A stretch of 52,408 nucleotides of DNA, filler included, from Squatina squatina (lineage: Eukaryota), in NCBI GenBank assembly GCA_031763465.1. It is 2 parts of 2 records of this genome, joined end to end, with 100 filler letters (N's around TTAATTAATTAA, not from the genome) between each part and the next. Parts side by side here need not be neighbours in the genome. Positions count along the whole stretch, not along the records: positions 31,658 to 52,408 come from JARFOE010000219.1; 1 more part is not named here. The stretch is one strand, 5' to 3'. This document shows positions 33,838 to 46,131 of the stretch, piece after piece. Below the pieces are notes generated by a model, which was not told the DNA's origin, searched no databases, and saw only the letters and a list, made by a program, of their open reading frames with translations. The translations under genes were made by a program, and so were the position numbers. How positions within the stretch are numbered: the first letter of the stretch is position 1; each line of letters opens with the position of its first letter.

Positions 33838-34819
33838 AAAAATGATACCAATGATTTCTACTGTTGAGAATTATCAGCACAGCAGTAAAACTATCCAAAC
33901 TGTTAACACAGAAGTCATCGAGTCCACTCCGATATAACAACCTTGTTTCAAGTTTCTTTCAAATGGAGAAAATATAAAATACACTGTTTACTACGCTGTT
34001 TAGCACACAATGTCATTTACTTTGGCTTTGTCAAACAATGTCGCAATTTTGGATCTCCCTTCCGATGTATTTTGCTGCCTTTTACACCAAAATGCAACAG
34101 TGGTAAATAGCTGCTGTCAACAGGAGAACTGGCATTACAACATGCTTCAATCTCTTTCCTCCTATAATAGATGAATTATATGGGCTAACGATTGCTGTTT
34201 TGGTGAAACCATATATATGGGTGCTGCAATAAACTATTTGGCCCATGATCTAAATANNNNNNNNNNNNNNNNNNNNNNNNNNNNNNNNNNNNNNNNNNNN
34301 NNNNNNNNNNNNNNNNNNNNNNNNNNNNNNNNNNNNNNNNNNNNNNNNNNNNNNNNTCACAAGGTCAACAGTTAGCCCACAAAACATACAAGGAGCACCC
34401 CTATTGTAGAGAAAGGCTCCATGTCTATGGCCTCGACTATTGCCTGGTCGAGGACAGCACAGGCACAGTCACAAGGCACACCAAAATGCTGTTTCATTTT
34501 TAAAATGACTTTTATGCAAAAAGAGATTGAAAAGAGACAAAGGAAAATGTGTTTTAAATTTAACTTGTAGCAAATTTAGAACAATTTACTACATGCAGCA
34601 ATGAGACTCAACAGTGTAAAATGTTCCCTTTCTAGGCCATAAAGATTGATTGATAATTGCATTAACAATTATCACGTTATTAAAAGGGTACTCAAGCTAT
34701 TAATTATGAGCCTCAGCTTTCTGTGACAAGTTTAAGGGGTAATTTGTGTAAATCCATAGTTCTTAAAAACAGAGAAGCTAAGGACGAGATGCCGTTTATG
34801 CAAGGCAAACGGCGGAGCA

Positions 34820-34901
34820 GCGTAAATTGATCAGCAAGTTCTGGAGATTCGCAATTCATGCCATATCTCTTCATTCCCTGAACTTGCTGGCCAATTTGTG
34901 C
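34820..34901. mobile_element. Inverted-repeat (MITE-like) hairpin
   Basis: gcgtaaattgatcagcaagttc pairs imperfectly with gaacttgctggccaatttgtgc. Confidence 0.6.
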
Positions 34902-35388
34902 ATTAACAATGGCATGCATTGTTAACACGGAATTATTTTTCCCAAGAAGATTTGACCCATTGTCATTACAGTATTAAATAGCCATGATCAATTTGGTGAA
35001 TTAATGTTGTTCGAAATAAAATTATACGCCACAACATTTCACCTTAAAAAATATTTAATTATTGAAACATAAATAATATTTTCAAACGAATGTCCTTTGC
35101 AGTTTTTTCTGAAACTTGCAGTGTAGTATTAATCATTCATGTAAAAAATGGCATTGGATCTTTCCTTCATCATACCTCACAAAGTAAACATTCATACATC
35201 TTCATTATAATCTGGCCGNNNNNNNNNNNNNNNNNNNNNNNNNNNNNNNNNNNNNNNNNNNNNNNNNNNNNNNNNNNNNNNNNNNNNNNNNNNNNNNNNN
35301 NNNNNNNNNNNNNNNNNNTTTCACCCCCAAGATGTTTGGCGTCATTCCGAACAGAGCTATCTGATTGGCGTCCCTGCCACTAGACTCA

Positions 35389-35787
35389 GGGGGTGAAATT
35401 GCCTTGTGTCCCGATTGGCGGCAGTATCCTTCCTGGCGCGTCCCCTTTTATCAGCACCCCAAGAGCGGATGTCCGCCAGCTTCACAATTCGCAAAACTGG
35501 CATTGACTTCCACCTGCGTTAGCTGCATGGCCGGCAGAGCACTGTCCCCCGTGGGGTGTTAAGCGGTCTGCGTGGGTTGATGAGGGGTCACTACGCACGG
35601 CTATGACATCATCGGTGGTTGCGTGGCGGCCCAGGGTGCAGCACTGCCAAGACAGCGCCTCCAAAACCTCCCAGGCAATTTCCCAGGAGGCGGTAGCGCC
35701 ACCCCCCCCAACCCCGAAAAATTATTTAGTCCTTTAGCACCCACCACAGGCTCTAATGGGGCTGGAAAAAGGGACAATTTCACCTCC
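35389..35787. mobile_element. About 400-bp GC-rich MITE (non-autonomous DNA transposon)
   Basis: Terminal inverted repeats GGGGGTGAAATTG ... CAATTTCACCTCC; a further right end tttcaccccc emerges from the gap at 35319-35328. Confidence 0.75.
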
Positions 35788-36505
35788 CCCACGAGTGCAT
35801 GCATATGCATCTGGACGTTGGGTAAGGTCAGAACAAATTCAGCTGTGATACCCCCCATGTCCCAACTTAGTTTTCCATTTCCCACAAATTCTCAATACAT
35901 TGGGTGTAAGAACTTGTGACTAACAAGTTAAGCATCGATACAAGTCACAACTGTACTTGGAGCAGTTCCCCAAATAATAGCTCTTTCACAATAATCTAGA
36001 ATCAGCCCTCTTATGCAGGTGTAAGTATATTTTATTTCACCCTGATATAGCGTATTTAGCTGAGCTAAGTTTAGCGGCTTGTGTCCATATCCATTGGGAA
36101 TTAGGCTGAAGACATTCAGTGCCCAGTTAAATTTATGAATATTAATAGCTGTGCTATTCTGATTAAACAGGCTTCATATAAAATCCCCACGAATCCTGTA
36201 GCTCGAATGACACCTCATTTTTCATATTCTTTATGAATCTTTATTCAGACATGAAACTGGTGAAAAATACTTAAACGAGATTTAATTTTATCTTTGATTG
36301 CCTCCAGAGGCAAATTGGCACATATAATGACTTAATTTATCTGCATCAAATCACACAACTGTTTGTTTCTAAGGAATATTTAAATTCGAACTATTAAATA
36401 ATACAGGTGCCATGTGGAATGTAATGAACTTCAATGTTACATTAAACTTTCAAGAAAAAAAGGCTATATTCCACTGTGAACTCAAACAAGATCATTCAGT
36501 CAGAT

Positions 36506-36725
36506 CTTGGTAAATAACAGTTTACTGGTTAGAAATTTGGTAATTAACTGTCAGTTAGAAACTTGGTAAATAACTGTTTAACAGTTAGAAACTTGGTAAA
36601 TAACTGTCGGTTAGAGACTTGGTAAATAATTGTTTACTGGTTAGAAATTTGGTAAATAACTGTCAGTTAGAAACTTGGTAAATAACTGTTTAATGGTTAG
36701 AAACTTGGTAAATAACTGTCAGTTA
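36506..36725 (+). repeat. Minisatellite with alternating 30/26-bp monomers (56-bp dimer, 112-bp higher-order unit)
   Basis: Eight monomers of (c/t)ttggtaaataactgt[ttwmyr or cr]gttagaaa running into a gap. Confidence 0.95.
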
Positions 36726-36825
36726 NNNNNNNNNNNNNNNNNNNNNNNNNNNNNNNNNNNNNNNNNNNNNNNNNNNNNNNNNNNNNNNNNNNNNNNNNNN
36801 NNNNNNNNNNNNNNNNNNNNNNNNN

Positions 36826-37295
36826 TCCTCTCTAAACTTGAGGTCATCCAAAAAATCTGCTGCCCATGTCCTAACTCCAATCAAGTCCCATTCACTCGCT
36901 GACCTACATTGGCTCCTGGTTAAGCAACACCTCTTTTTTTTAAATTCTCATCCTTGTTTTCAAATCCCTTGATGGCCTCACCCTTCCCTATCTCTGTAAC
37001 CTCCTCCAGCCCCACAACCCTGTGAGATCTCAGATCTCCTCCAATTCTGGCCTCTTGCTGATCTCCGCTTTTAATCACTCCACCATTGGCAGCCGTGACT
37101 TCAGTTGCAAAGGCCTGAAACTCTGGAATTCCCTCCCTTAACCTCCCCTCCTCTCCTCTACCTGTCTTTCACTCTTGAAAACCTCCCTCTTTGACCAAAC
37201 TTTTGGTCATCAGCCCAAATATCTCCTTGTGTAGCTCATTGTCAAATTTTGGTTCATAATGTTATGTGTAAGGCACTACACAAATACAAGTTGCA
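36826..37295 (+). mobile_element. L2 LINE 3' end
   Basis: gctgacctacattggctcc (ADLHWL)...ctctggaattccctccct; same family as 2346-2620. Confidence 0.85.
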
Positions 37296-40200
37296 GCATT
37301 CTTTTGCCTCCTGTCAGAATGCTCAATCAGTGCTCCAATGGGGAAGCTTTATGCTGCGGGTTAGGAACTGAGCTGAAGCTCCTCAGCAAATAGCAAGGGG
37401 AGGATTTTCAACCAATCAGTCTTGCAATGGTGAAGTGGCCAAATTTCAAGTCATTTCTTACTATGTACCCTGGAAGCCTGATGGGATTATGTTTTAAAAA
37501 AAAAATGTGTAGAGACAATTTTTTAGAAAACATAAAGTAAAAGAAAATGTTCAAGTTATCTAATGGAGGTCAGTGTGGTGGGGGGAAACAATACGGAAGG
37601 GAAAGACCGATAGAAAGTCAAGTGAGGAAAAGAAAAGCAGAACTAAAATGGGACAAAGCAAAACTGAACGACGAGGAGGAATACTGGGGTAGTTGCAATG
37701 AGAGGAAACTGTATTGTTTCCTTCCCTTTTATACTCTGTCTTCCTAATTGAATCCAGCAGTTGTGCTTTCAGGTTGCAGCATGTGACATGCGACCCTTGC
37801 ATTGGTAACATGCAATGCTAGCCTGCATATTGTACGGTATAAAAGCAGCTAATAATGTTCTAATCAGGTACTTTGCTCGTAGGCCAATCTACATCATCCC
37901 TAGGATGTATATTGAAATTTGCCAATATTGTTTCTCTACAATGGTAACTTAATGCTAAGAAATTGCTGTTAATGCTCAGTCTAGCTTCAAAATGTACATT
38001 TGTAAACAGCTGGGCAATGCCCAGGCCTGAATATGTCCTCATTAGTCAAATTATATTCAGAATATTACAAGTAATGTCCAAACAAGTGAGGATTGGAAAT
38101 GAATTTATATTCAGTGCTTATTTTGTGAATATAAATGTTCCTTATTAAGTTATAAATGTTCCTTTTTTGTAAAAATGATACTTTCATGTTTGTAAAACCT
38201 CATGTTTGTCATATTGGGATTATGAAAAATGTGAACCATAGCTCTTGAAGACTTGAAAAATAACTGCAGCTGTGAAAAATGACACATTAATCCTCAATTT
38301 GTTGCTGACATTGGTTGGTTTGTAACAATGTGGAATGGTATCAGTTAATTTTGTGCTGTCATTGATGTCAGTAGAAATTCGTACCATATTTAGGTGGTGG
38401 AGTTTTGTGCAATATCTGTCGTCCCTGTGTTCCACAGATTCGTCAAGATTCTGGATTGATGTGTACTGGCCACCAGATAATGCTTTTTAAAAAAAAAAGT
38501 TGGTCAGTATATTAATATAAACCAAAACTGGTGTTTTCTCTTTCTTATTTCCTCCTCTGCTTCTCTCTCTGGTATAGTTGTATACAAATTGGGATGTTTG
38601 ATCCTCTCACTACCAAGTATATTTTCACTGATAATAAATGTAGCTATCTGGTTTGTTGGAAAGATTACTAGAACATAGAAGTTACAGCGGTTCAGAAAAA
38701 AATATTTCACAAGCTTTTCAGATGTGTTCTTGCCAGTAAAATCAATTCAAATCTGACCAATTGGAGCTATTCTGAGATGAGCAATGCATTACAATTCCTC
38801 GATTTGTGGTCTTGTAAGCACCATTTCAAATGATAACATTAGCACATGTTGTACATTTTCTTCGTACTGTTAAGCAAAACAAAATTTGCCATCTGTTGAT
38901 TTTCACACACATTCTGGTTTTAATCACATAGACTGCAGTTCAAAGAGCTATTGAATGTTGGAGAAAATGTCAAGAGTCAACAGATGGGGTAGCAGTTTAT
39001 TGTTATCACTGCCAAGGCCATTATCATCCTGAAATCAAAAACAAATAGATACTTGGGCTAAAATTTGAAATGTACTTACTGAATTACCCAAGATAATTAA
39101 ATGTTGAAGCTGGAAAATTTAGAGCTTGAAACAATGAGACAAACTTTGAATGATTTGTATGACAAAGATACAGGCTATCACACGGGNNNNNNNNNNNNNN
39201 NNNNNNNNNNNNNNNNNNNNNNNNNNNNNNNNNNNNNNNNNNNNNNNNNNNNNNNNNNNNNNNNNNNNNNNNNNNNNNNNNNNNNNATTGTTTTTAGTGA
39301 TTTATTCTCAACTTAAAAAAAGACTGGATTTTAAAACTGCAAACAGGGTTTACTTGATTGTTTGATCCTGTCCTGGGTGAAATTCAACAAAATCGAGCTT
39401 TATTATGAACATGGATACAAGCACTATTTCTGAAGATAAATAGCTCAAATTTTGCATTGGAAATTGTGGCACAAATATGAACACAATCCTATTCATCAGC
39501 CTGTTTCTGGCACAGATAGTACTTGCACCATAGTTAGCATGGTGACAAATTTTCTCCTTTTCCATTCTTTTTACCAGTGGTAACTGGTTATCACCCAATG
39601 TTATTTAAGTTAATAATTACATTAGGAGATGCTTGTTAATGCCACAGCATGTGGTATTCTTCCTCGGACATTCATTGCTAAGATCTGGCCTTAATTACAT
39701 CAACTTTCAGCTGGTCTCAATAATACAAGAGCCATATAAAAAAGAATAAGTTCCTTTGGCTCACAGTCACATCCTGACAAAAAAGGGATGTTTTTTTTGA
39801 TGCATGGGTTAGCTCCTGCCAGAGACAGAAGCCCCCAGAAGGAGGAGAAGGCTATATCCTTTGCAACGTGAGGAAACTCCTGAGGAGCATTCTTAGTAAA
39901 AGATCTACCAGATGCAAATTCAAACTGAGCAAACTAGTGCTAGTAGATCTGTATATTGATTTGCAGGACTATTTAGACTCTGACAGCAACTAGAACATTG
40001 TACTTGTAACTGTTAACTTGACTGTAGCCCTCAATATCTACACTCCTGGCTTGTTTTAATCTTCAGCTATTTTATGCATGTGTTCTACGAATTGGATTAG
40101 GACTGCTCAAACTCGCATAGGAGCTTTATAGCTAGCAAAACACGGAGCAAAACGTGTTCCAATTAGCTGCCGTGATTCTTACATCCCAACAATGACGACA

Positions 40201-41762
40201 CTTTCATCCATTTGTCTGGACTGGATCTCAAGCTAAATCAGAGAGATGAACAATCAGTGTCTTCCGNNNNNNNNNNNNNNNNNNNNNNNNNNNNNNNNNN
40301 NNNNNNNNNNNNNNNNNNNNNNNNNNNNNNNNNNNNNNNNNNNNNNNNNNNNNNNNNNNNNNNNNNAGCCAGCAACACAGATAAGAGCTGTAGTCATGTT
40401 CAATATCACTGGCAAGACAACCCTCTAAATCTGTGTATAGCTTTAGATTACAGTAAAAAAGATTGTGCTCAATATAAAATCACCCATAGAATTTTCAATA
40501 TAGACAAAAGCATGAAGTTTCTTATGCAATACGCTCTTTTCATATGCTCTTTCTATATATGCCCTTTCCCCTTTTCTTGGCTGCTTCCACAACATAACAA
40601 TACGCCCTGAGGCCATCTTGATCTGCGTGCTGTACCTTTTGAATAGCTAATCTTCTTTATGTAGATTGCTCTACATTAATACCAGCTTTGTGTTAATTGT
40701 GTCAGTCATTTGCACCAGGTCAAAGGGAGGAAAATTGCACATGGAACATATATAGTCCTGGCACCCTTCCATTTACTGTATTCCAAGTCTGTAATTGCAT
40801 GCAAAGCAAGAGCTTAGCACCATGGCATTTTGGAAGAGAGAATGCAAAAAATCACTGCAAAACATTCTTTGCCAATGTACATTTGTGAAAATAAGTTTGT
40901 AGTTGTGCTTCCATATTGGGATAAAAGCTGTTCCTTTATCACCCAATTTATGCTTCTGATTTTGTAGCAAACATAAACTTTGGCTTTTATCTATCAACCA
41001 GTTAATCAATTAAAAAATCATTGAAATTCTATTAACATTTTTCTCAAATAGAATCAGTTTTCCCTGACCTCCATTTGGGACATTCTTATGATCATGCACT
41101 TTTAAGTGATGCTGTCAATCACTTTTTATCCAAAAGCAAATTCACTTTCAGCACAAAGCTTTAAGATTACTGTTTATAAGCTATGCCCTAACATTTTCAT
41201 TTGTATTGCCATGTGATGCTTTCAGCTGTCTTCTATAACTGTGAAGTAAACAGAGAGGAAAATGTACACAATCTTTTCCTTTCAAAAGTTAATGTATCAG
41301 AATTGCTGTACAAGTGGGTAGAAATAGCAATTTTTATATCCCAAGCAAGTGGTGGATTCAGCCTTTTCAATGATTTTGCTATGTTTAAGGCATTATATAA
41401 ATGCAAATAGTTGTTGTTATAATACATTTAATGTTTTGTTTAAAGTTGAGATGCCCACTAATGTAATTGTTTTTTATGACATTTGAATAATTATGTTCTT
41501 GATTATTTGGCAGAAGATTGTTGACACTTTCAGAGAATTATTGTTCAGTGATAGTGAGTCAAAATGTTTTGAATTAAATGAAAGCAACAAAAACAAGGAG
41601 CCAAGACTGATCTAAGAACTTTTTTTTACAGATTAGTAGCATTCCTTATAAGTAGCATGGACAGTTATGTTTTACAGCACTTGTCAAATCTCATGCAGTG
41701 TAGATGTGACTCTCATCTGCTGTTCCTGTTTCTCAGACAGACACAATTTGATACATTTATGC

Positions 41763-42085
41763 AGTGTTGTGATTATGTTACTGGACTACTAATCCTGAGC
41801 TCCGCACGAATACTCAAGAACATTTGAGCTCTAATCCTACCGTGGCAATTTATGCCTTTTGAATTCAGTTATAAAAAATCTGGAAATAAAAAGGTGCTAT
41901 TAGCCAAAGTGACCGTGAAGCTGTTAGATTGTTGTAAAAACTCAACGAGTTCACTAATGTCCCTTAGGGAAGGAAACCCGCCATCCTTACCCGGTCTGGC
42001 CTGTATGCGAGTCCAGTCCCACACCAACATTTTGACTCTTAACTGCTCTCTGAAGTGGTCGAATAAACCACTCCGTTGTGTGCAC
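41763..42085 (+). mobile_element. tRNA-derived SINE
   Basis: Same family core as 6385-6670. Confidence 0.8.
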
Positions 42086-43149
42086 CTGCACCACATGAAC
42101 TGCAGNNNNNNNNNNNNNNNNNNNNNNNNNNNNNNNNNNNNNNNNNNNNNNNNNNNNNNNNNNNNNNNNNNNNNNNNNNNNNNNNNNNNNNNNNNNNNNN
42201 NNNNNCGTAAGTTATCATTCTAATCTTTCTCGCACTAAGACGTGTTCTGAGCCCCCTCTTTGTCTCGTATGATTGTGCCTCCCATCTGCATGTCATGCGG
42301 CCCCTTAAATGCCAATATCCTCTATGCCCATGCAACAGTTATGGTACTTCATAAATACCATCATTAAATGGCTTGTAGTAACCCCCCAGATGTAAAGAAA
42401 CAGGCATCAATCAATTGAAAAGCTTGTAATAAAACTTTTTTTTCCCTCTTCTTTCTTTTTCCCATCTCTTCCACTTTAACCTGCCTCTTAAGCTTTTTTT
42501 TAATTGTTTTGAAAGGTTTTAAACCAATGCAAAAAGGAAATGTGCTCTTTCCAGCCCCCACCCCCCACGGTTAGTGTTAATATTGTTAAGTAGTATGATG
42601 GGGCAGTAGTACGGTGACTTTATTAGGATATATTTGAGAAGGGGATGAGAGCGTTTTTCTCAAGCTGTTGGGTAATTGGATTCCACAGCTGCTCCACATA
42701 AATATCAAAGAGCCTTGAGCAGAAAATTATTCCGGGTTACTCCATCACTTGAATGACCGTGTCCGGCCCAGAACCATCTGCTCCACCTTTTCATCCAGAA
42801 AGTTTGTGGAGTTTAAATTAAAGGCTTTGAGTTGGGTGGAGGAGAGACTTGTGTGTTTCATTTGTAGGATTAGTCTCCCTCTGTGTTGGGCTTTTCATAC
42901 TTTTTTTATTATGAAAGGGATTTTTGTATTTGGAGTGTTCCTAACCCAGTCATTATTGCAGTGCAGAAATGCAGTAAATGTTTTACTGAGCTTGCATGTT
43001 CAAGAAGATAATTGGAAAAGATAACTTTATTCTCAAAATATGAAGTTGGAGTACAAATGACAGTGCCCTTTGCACAATGCTGTCCAAAGTGTGCAGTAAA
43101 AGGGCATGTTGCTAACAATACCTATGGGCCAATACCTATGAGGGTTTAG

Positions 43150-43562
43150 TTGTGTAGTGGTTATGTTATTGGGCTCATAATCCAGAGAATGAGAGTTTAA
43201 ATCCCACTATTCAAACTATGGCAGTTTGAGAATTTGAATTCAGTTTGTTTATTTTATTTATTTATTTGTTTTTAATTCTGGAAATCAAATCTGGCAACTG
43301 TAATGGTGATCATGAAGCTCTCAAATTTTTGCAAAAACACAACTAGTTCACTAATGTCCCTTTTTAGGGAAGGAAACTTGCCATCCTTACCTGATCTGAT
43401 TGGTGTGGGATCGAGTCCCACACCAATGTTGGTTGACTCTTAACTGCTGTCTGAAGTGGTCTAACAAGCTACTCAGTTGTATCAAACCTGGGTAACCAGG
43501 GATGGGCAATAAATGCCAGCTATGCCAGTGATGCCCACATCCCGGGAATGAATGGAAAAAAA
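43150..43562 (+). mobile_element. tRNA-derived SINE, near full length
   Basis: Runs from the gtgtagtggttatgtt head through the core to gatgcccacatcccgggaatgaatggaaaaaaa. Confidence 0.85.
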
Positions 43563-44713
43563 TTATTTGCCTTATGACAAACCCTAGAGGTGAGTTTTGT
43601 CCGTTCTCTGCTGGATCATCTATTAATGGTAGGAAAGGAACATTGATGGTATCCTTTTCCATAGCACTCAGCTATATTTTTGTTGTTTTAGACTGATATA
43701 GTATTTTTTATGAAGATGTCTGCACTCTTCTGATAGCTTGGATGGGAGTATAGGTGGCTGAGCTTTTTAATCAAATCACTGATTTTTAAAGATTCTCTTA
43801 AAAATGAGAATGAAGATAGCAGATGAGTTGTACATGAGTTTTCTGCACACATCTACGAGAATTGCTCCATCTTTCCCAAACAGTAATATTTTTCACTGGG
43901 CCTAGAATTCCCTTTCAGAAGAAATACAAGTACCATTTTAATTACCCTTAAAATATCTTAATTGTGATAAGCTAGTCATTTGTAACTTGCAGTCTATTTC
44001 ATAGATTAAAAATTCTCTTTGCAATATGTCAAATTCCTTATTGTAGCTGAATCCCAGAAGGTCAGGTTTCCTTTCCTCCAGGATACTCGAGCTCCCTGCT
44101 TCTTGAGTGTCTCCATTCACTTTAATGACCGATGTAATTTCAGACCAGATTGGGCGCTAGCCAGAAACCGATCTGGAGCTGCCCGACTTTTGGGAAAATA
44201 CTACTGGCTGGGTATAGAATTTTACAGTACAGAAGGTGACCATAAGGCCCATCGCACCACGATGAAAGAGCTGTCTACTCAGTCCCATTTAACTGCTCTT
44301 TCTCCATGCCATACATATCTGGTTGGCATCAGTAAATTCCCAGGGTCAGACAGCGTCAGATCAGTTCCCAGTCCTGTCTGAAGTTGCAGCCTCCATGAGA
44401 ATGAATTGAGTTGCTCTGGACTGCAGTTGGCTCTTCCTTGTCAGTAACTTAAGAAATGCAGAGACTTGGCACAGCAGGTCTCATCTGGGGTAAGAAATGT
44501 ATTTTTTTTTAAATGCTGAATATTTTTAGGGTGGCTTATAAGAATATATATGTGTGCATGCCGTATGCATATAGTAAAAACATTGCCTATAAGCATAATG
44601 CTTGTTTCATGCGTCATGCTTTTTCCATCATGTTTAAATGTGCTATTTCCAAGTTCATTTCTTATACTTGCTCTGGTTCATACTCCCAGCTGTCAATGTG
44701 CAACTCTGAGCTA

Positions 44714-44856
44714 TGGGTAATGCTGTTTCTTTGGGGGATTCCCGATTGCCCACCACAACTTTGGTGGAAGAATGCTGGAAATCCTGCGCAGATGCATAAA
44801 CAGGGTTTTGCCAAAGTTATGGCGGCTGATCAGGACAATTCCAGGGAACATTCCCA
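44714..44856. mobile_element. Palindromic MITE-like element
   Basis: ccaccacaactttggtggaa pairs with ttttgccaaagttatggcgg; the outer arms are also complementary. Confidence 0.6.
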
Positions 44857-46033
44857 GTATCTTGAGTCCTTTGAAACGAGGCCATGTCCCTTGATTGATT
44901 GGAGATCTCTGATTGACAACTCAGCAGGCAGAGACTTCATCTCACAATCTCATATTATCAGTTTGCAGAAAAAGGTTGGTGGGGGATGCGGGGGGGAAGG
45001 GGTCAGAGTCTGTGTCCCCAGAAGCTGCAAAACTTCTGGTTTAGAAGTTCAATGCCAGCTTTATATGCAAAGCCAGGCTACTCAAGTTAATGTAAGTAAA
45101 TGTATGGCGAGAAAATGTGACTACTTTTAGAGAAAAAAATGACTTGACTCTCATTATTTTACATGTTAAGGAATGTAGGGAAAATATATCTCACTGTGTA
45201 CCATTTATTCATCATTCTTGTGCAAATAAAAAGCACTTATTGGCTCAAACCTATGCCGCAATTTGTTAAGTGTTTGTTCAGTTTGCCAACCAATGGATCA
45301 TGAGGCAATTAATTCATAATCTTAATGGTAATATTTTTACGAGCTAATGTGCAGTGATCGTGCATAAATTGTGTCTGCTGCACTCCAAAAAATTTGGCTA
45401 CAAAATAATTTTGGTGTGAAAATGATGATGGAACATACAAGAGCTGATTTCGTTGTATGAAGTTATGATGCTATTGAATGAAAATATCTACCTGTTTCAG
45501 AATATCTAAATTAATACTGCAATCTTAAAACGTGTTACAAATTTTGAAGATGGACGAATACAAGTGAATTAGTATTTAAAAGAAAAAAGGCTAAAATGGG
45601 GCATGTTTCACCTTGTTTATAGAAGCTTGTGAAATCAGAACTAGAGGACATGGGTTTGAAAGTAACAAGTCTAAACCAAGACAATAGATGAGGGAAAACA
45701 TCTTTCCAGAGTTGATATGTATAACAGGCTCCTACCACATAAATATCTAGCTAAGAACAGGATTGATGGTTATCAAGATATAGACTGACAAAAATGATCA
45801 AGTATCTATTGCAATAGTGATTTCTAGGCTGGTGGATCATGAACACATTTTCCATGGTATGTCACTGATTACAGATTGACTGCTCTAAACCTTTACTCAA
45901 GTGCCTTTTATACTCCACTAAAAAAAAAAGTATGATAGCAGAATTATCCATGTGAATATCATCCAGAAGAAATAAGATACGATTTTCTTGCTTTCTGGCA
46001 CTTCCATTCCCAGTCTGTGTGGTTAAGTTCTAC

Positions 46034-46131
46034 AGCGGCAGACCAGAGGCCCAGCGAGCGGTACAGAGCAGGATCGAGAGGCGGCAGACCAGAGGCCCAG
46101 CGAGGATAAAAAGAGCGGCAGACCAGAGGCC
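46034..46131 (+). repeat. GC-rich imperfect tandem repeat (gcggcagaccagaggcc x3), probably the 5' end of a LINE
   Basis: Three copies with variable spacers, truncated by a gap. Confidence 0.7.

Noticed and set aside
36506-36725. CRISPR-like appearance
   Set aside because: The variable parts are only 2-6 nt and recur, the context is vertebrate, and there are no cas genes.
44019-45130. ORFs of 120 and 205 aa
   Set aside because: They run through CR1 tail and palindromic repeat sequence and give no recognisable protein.
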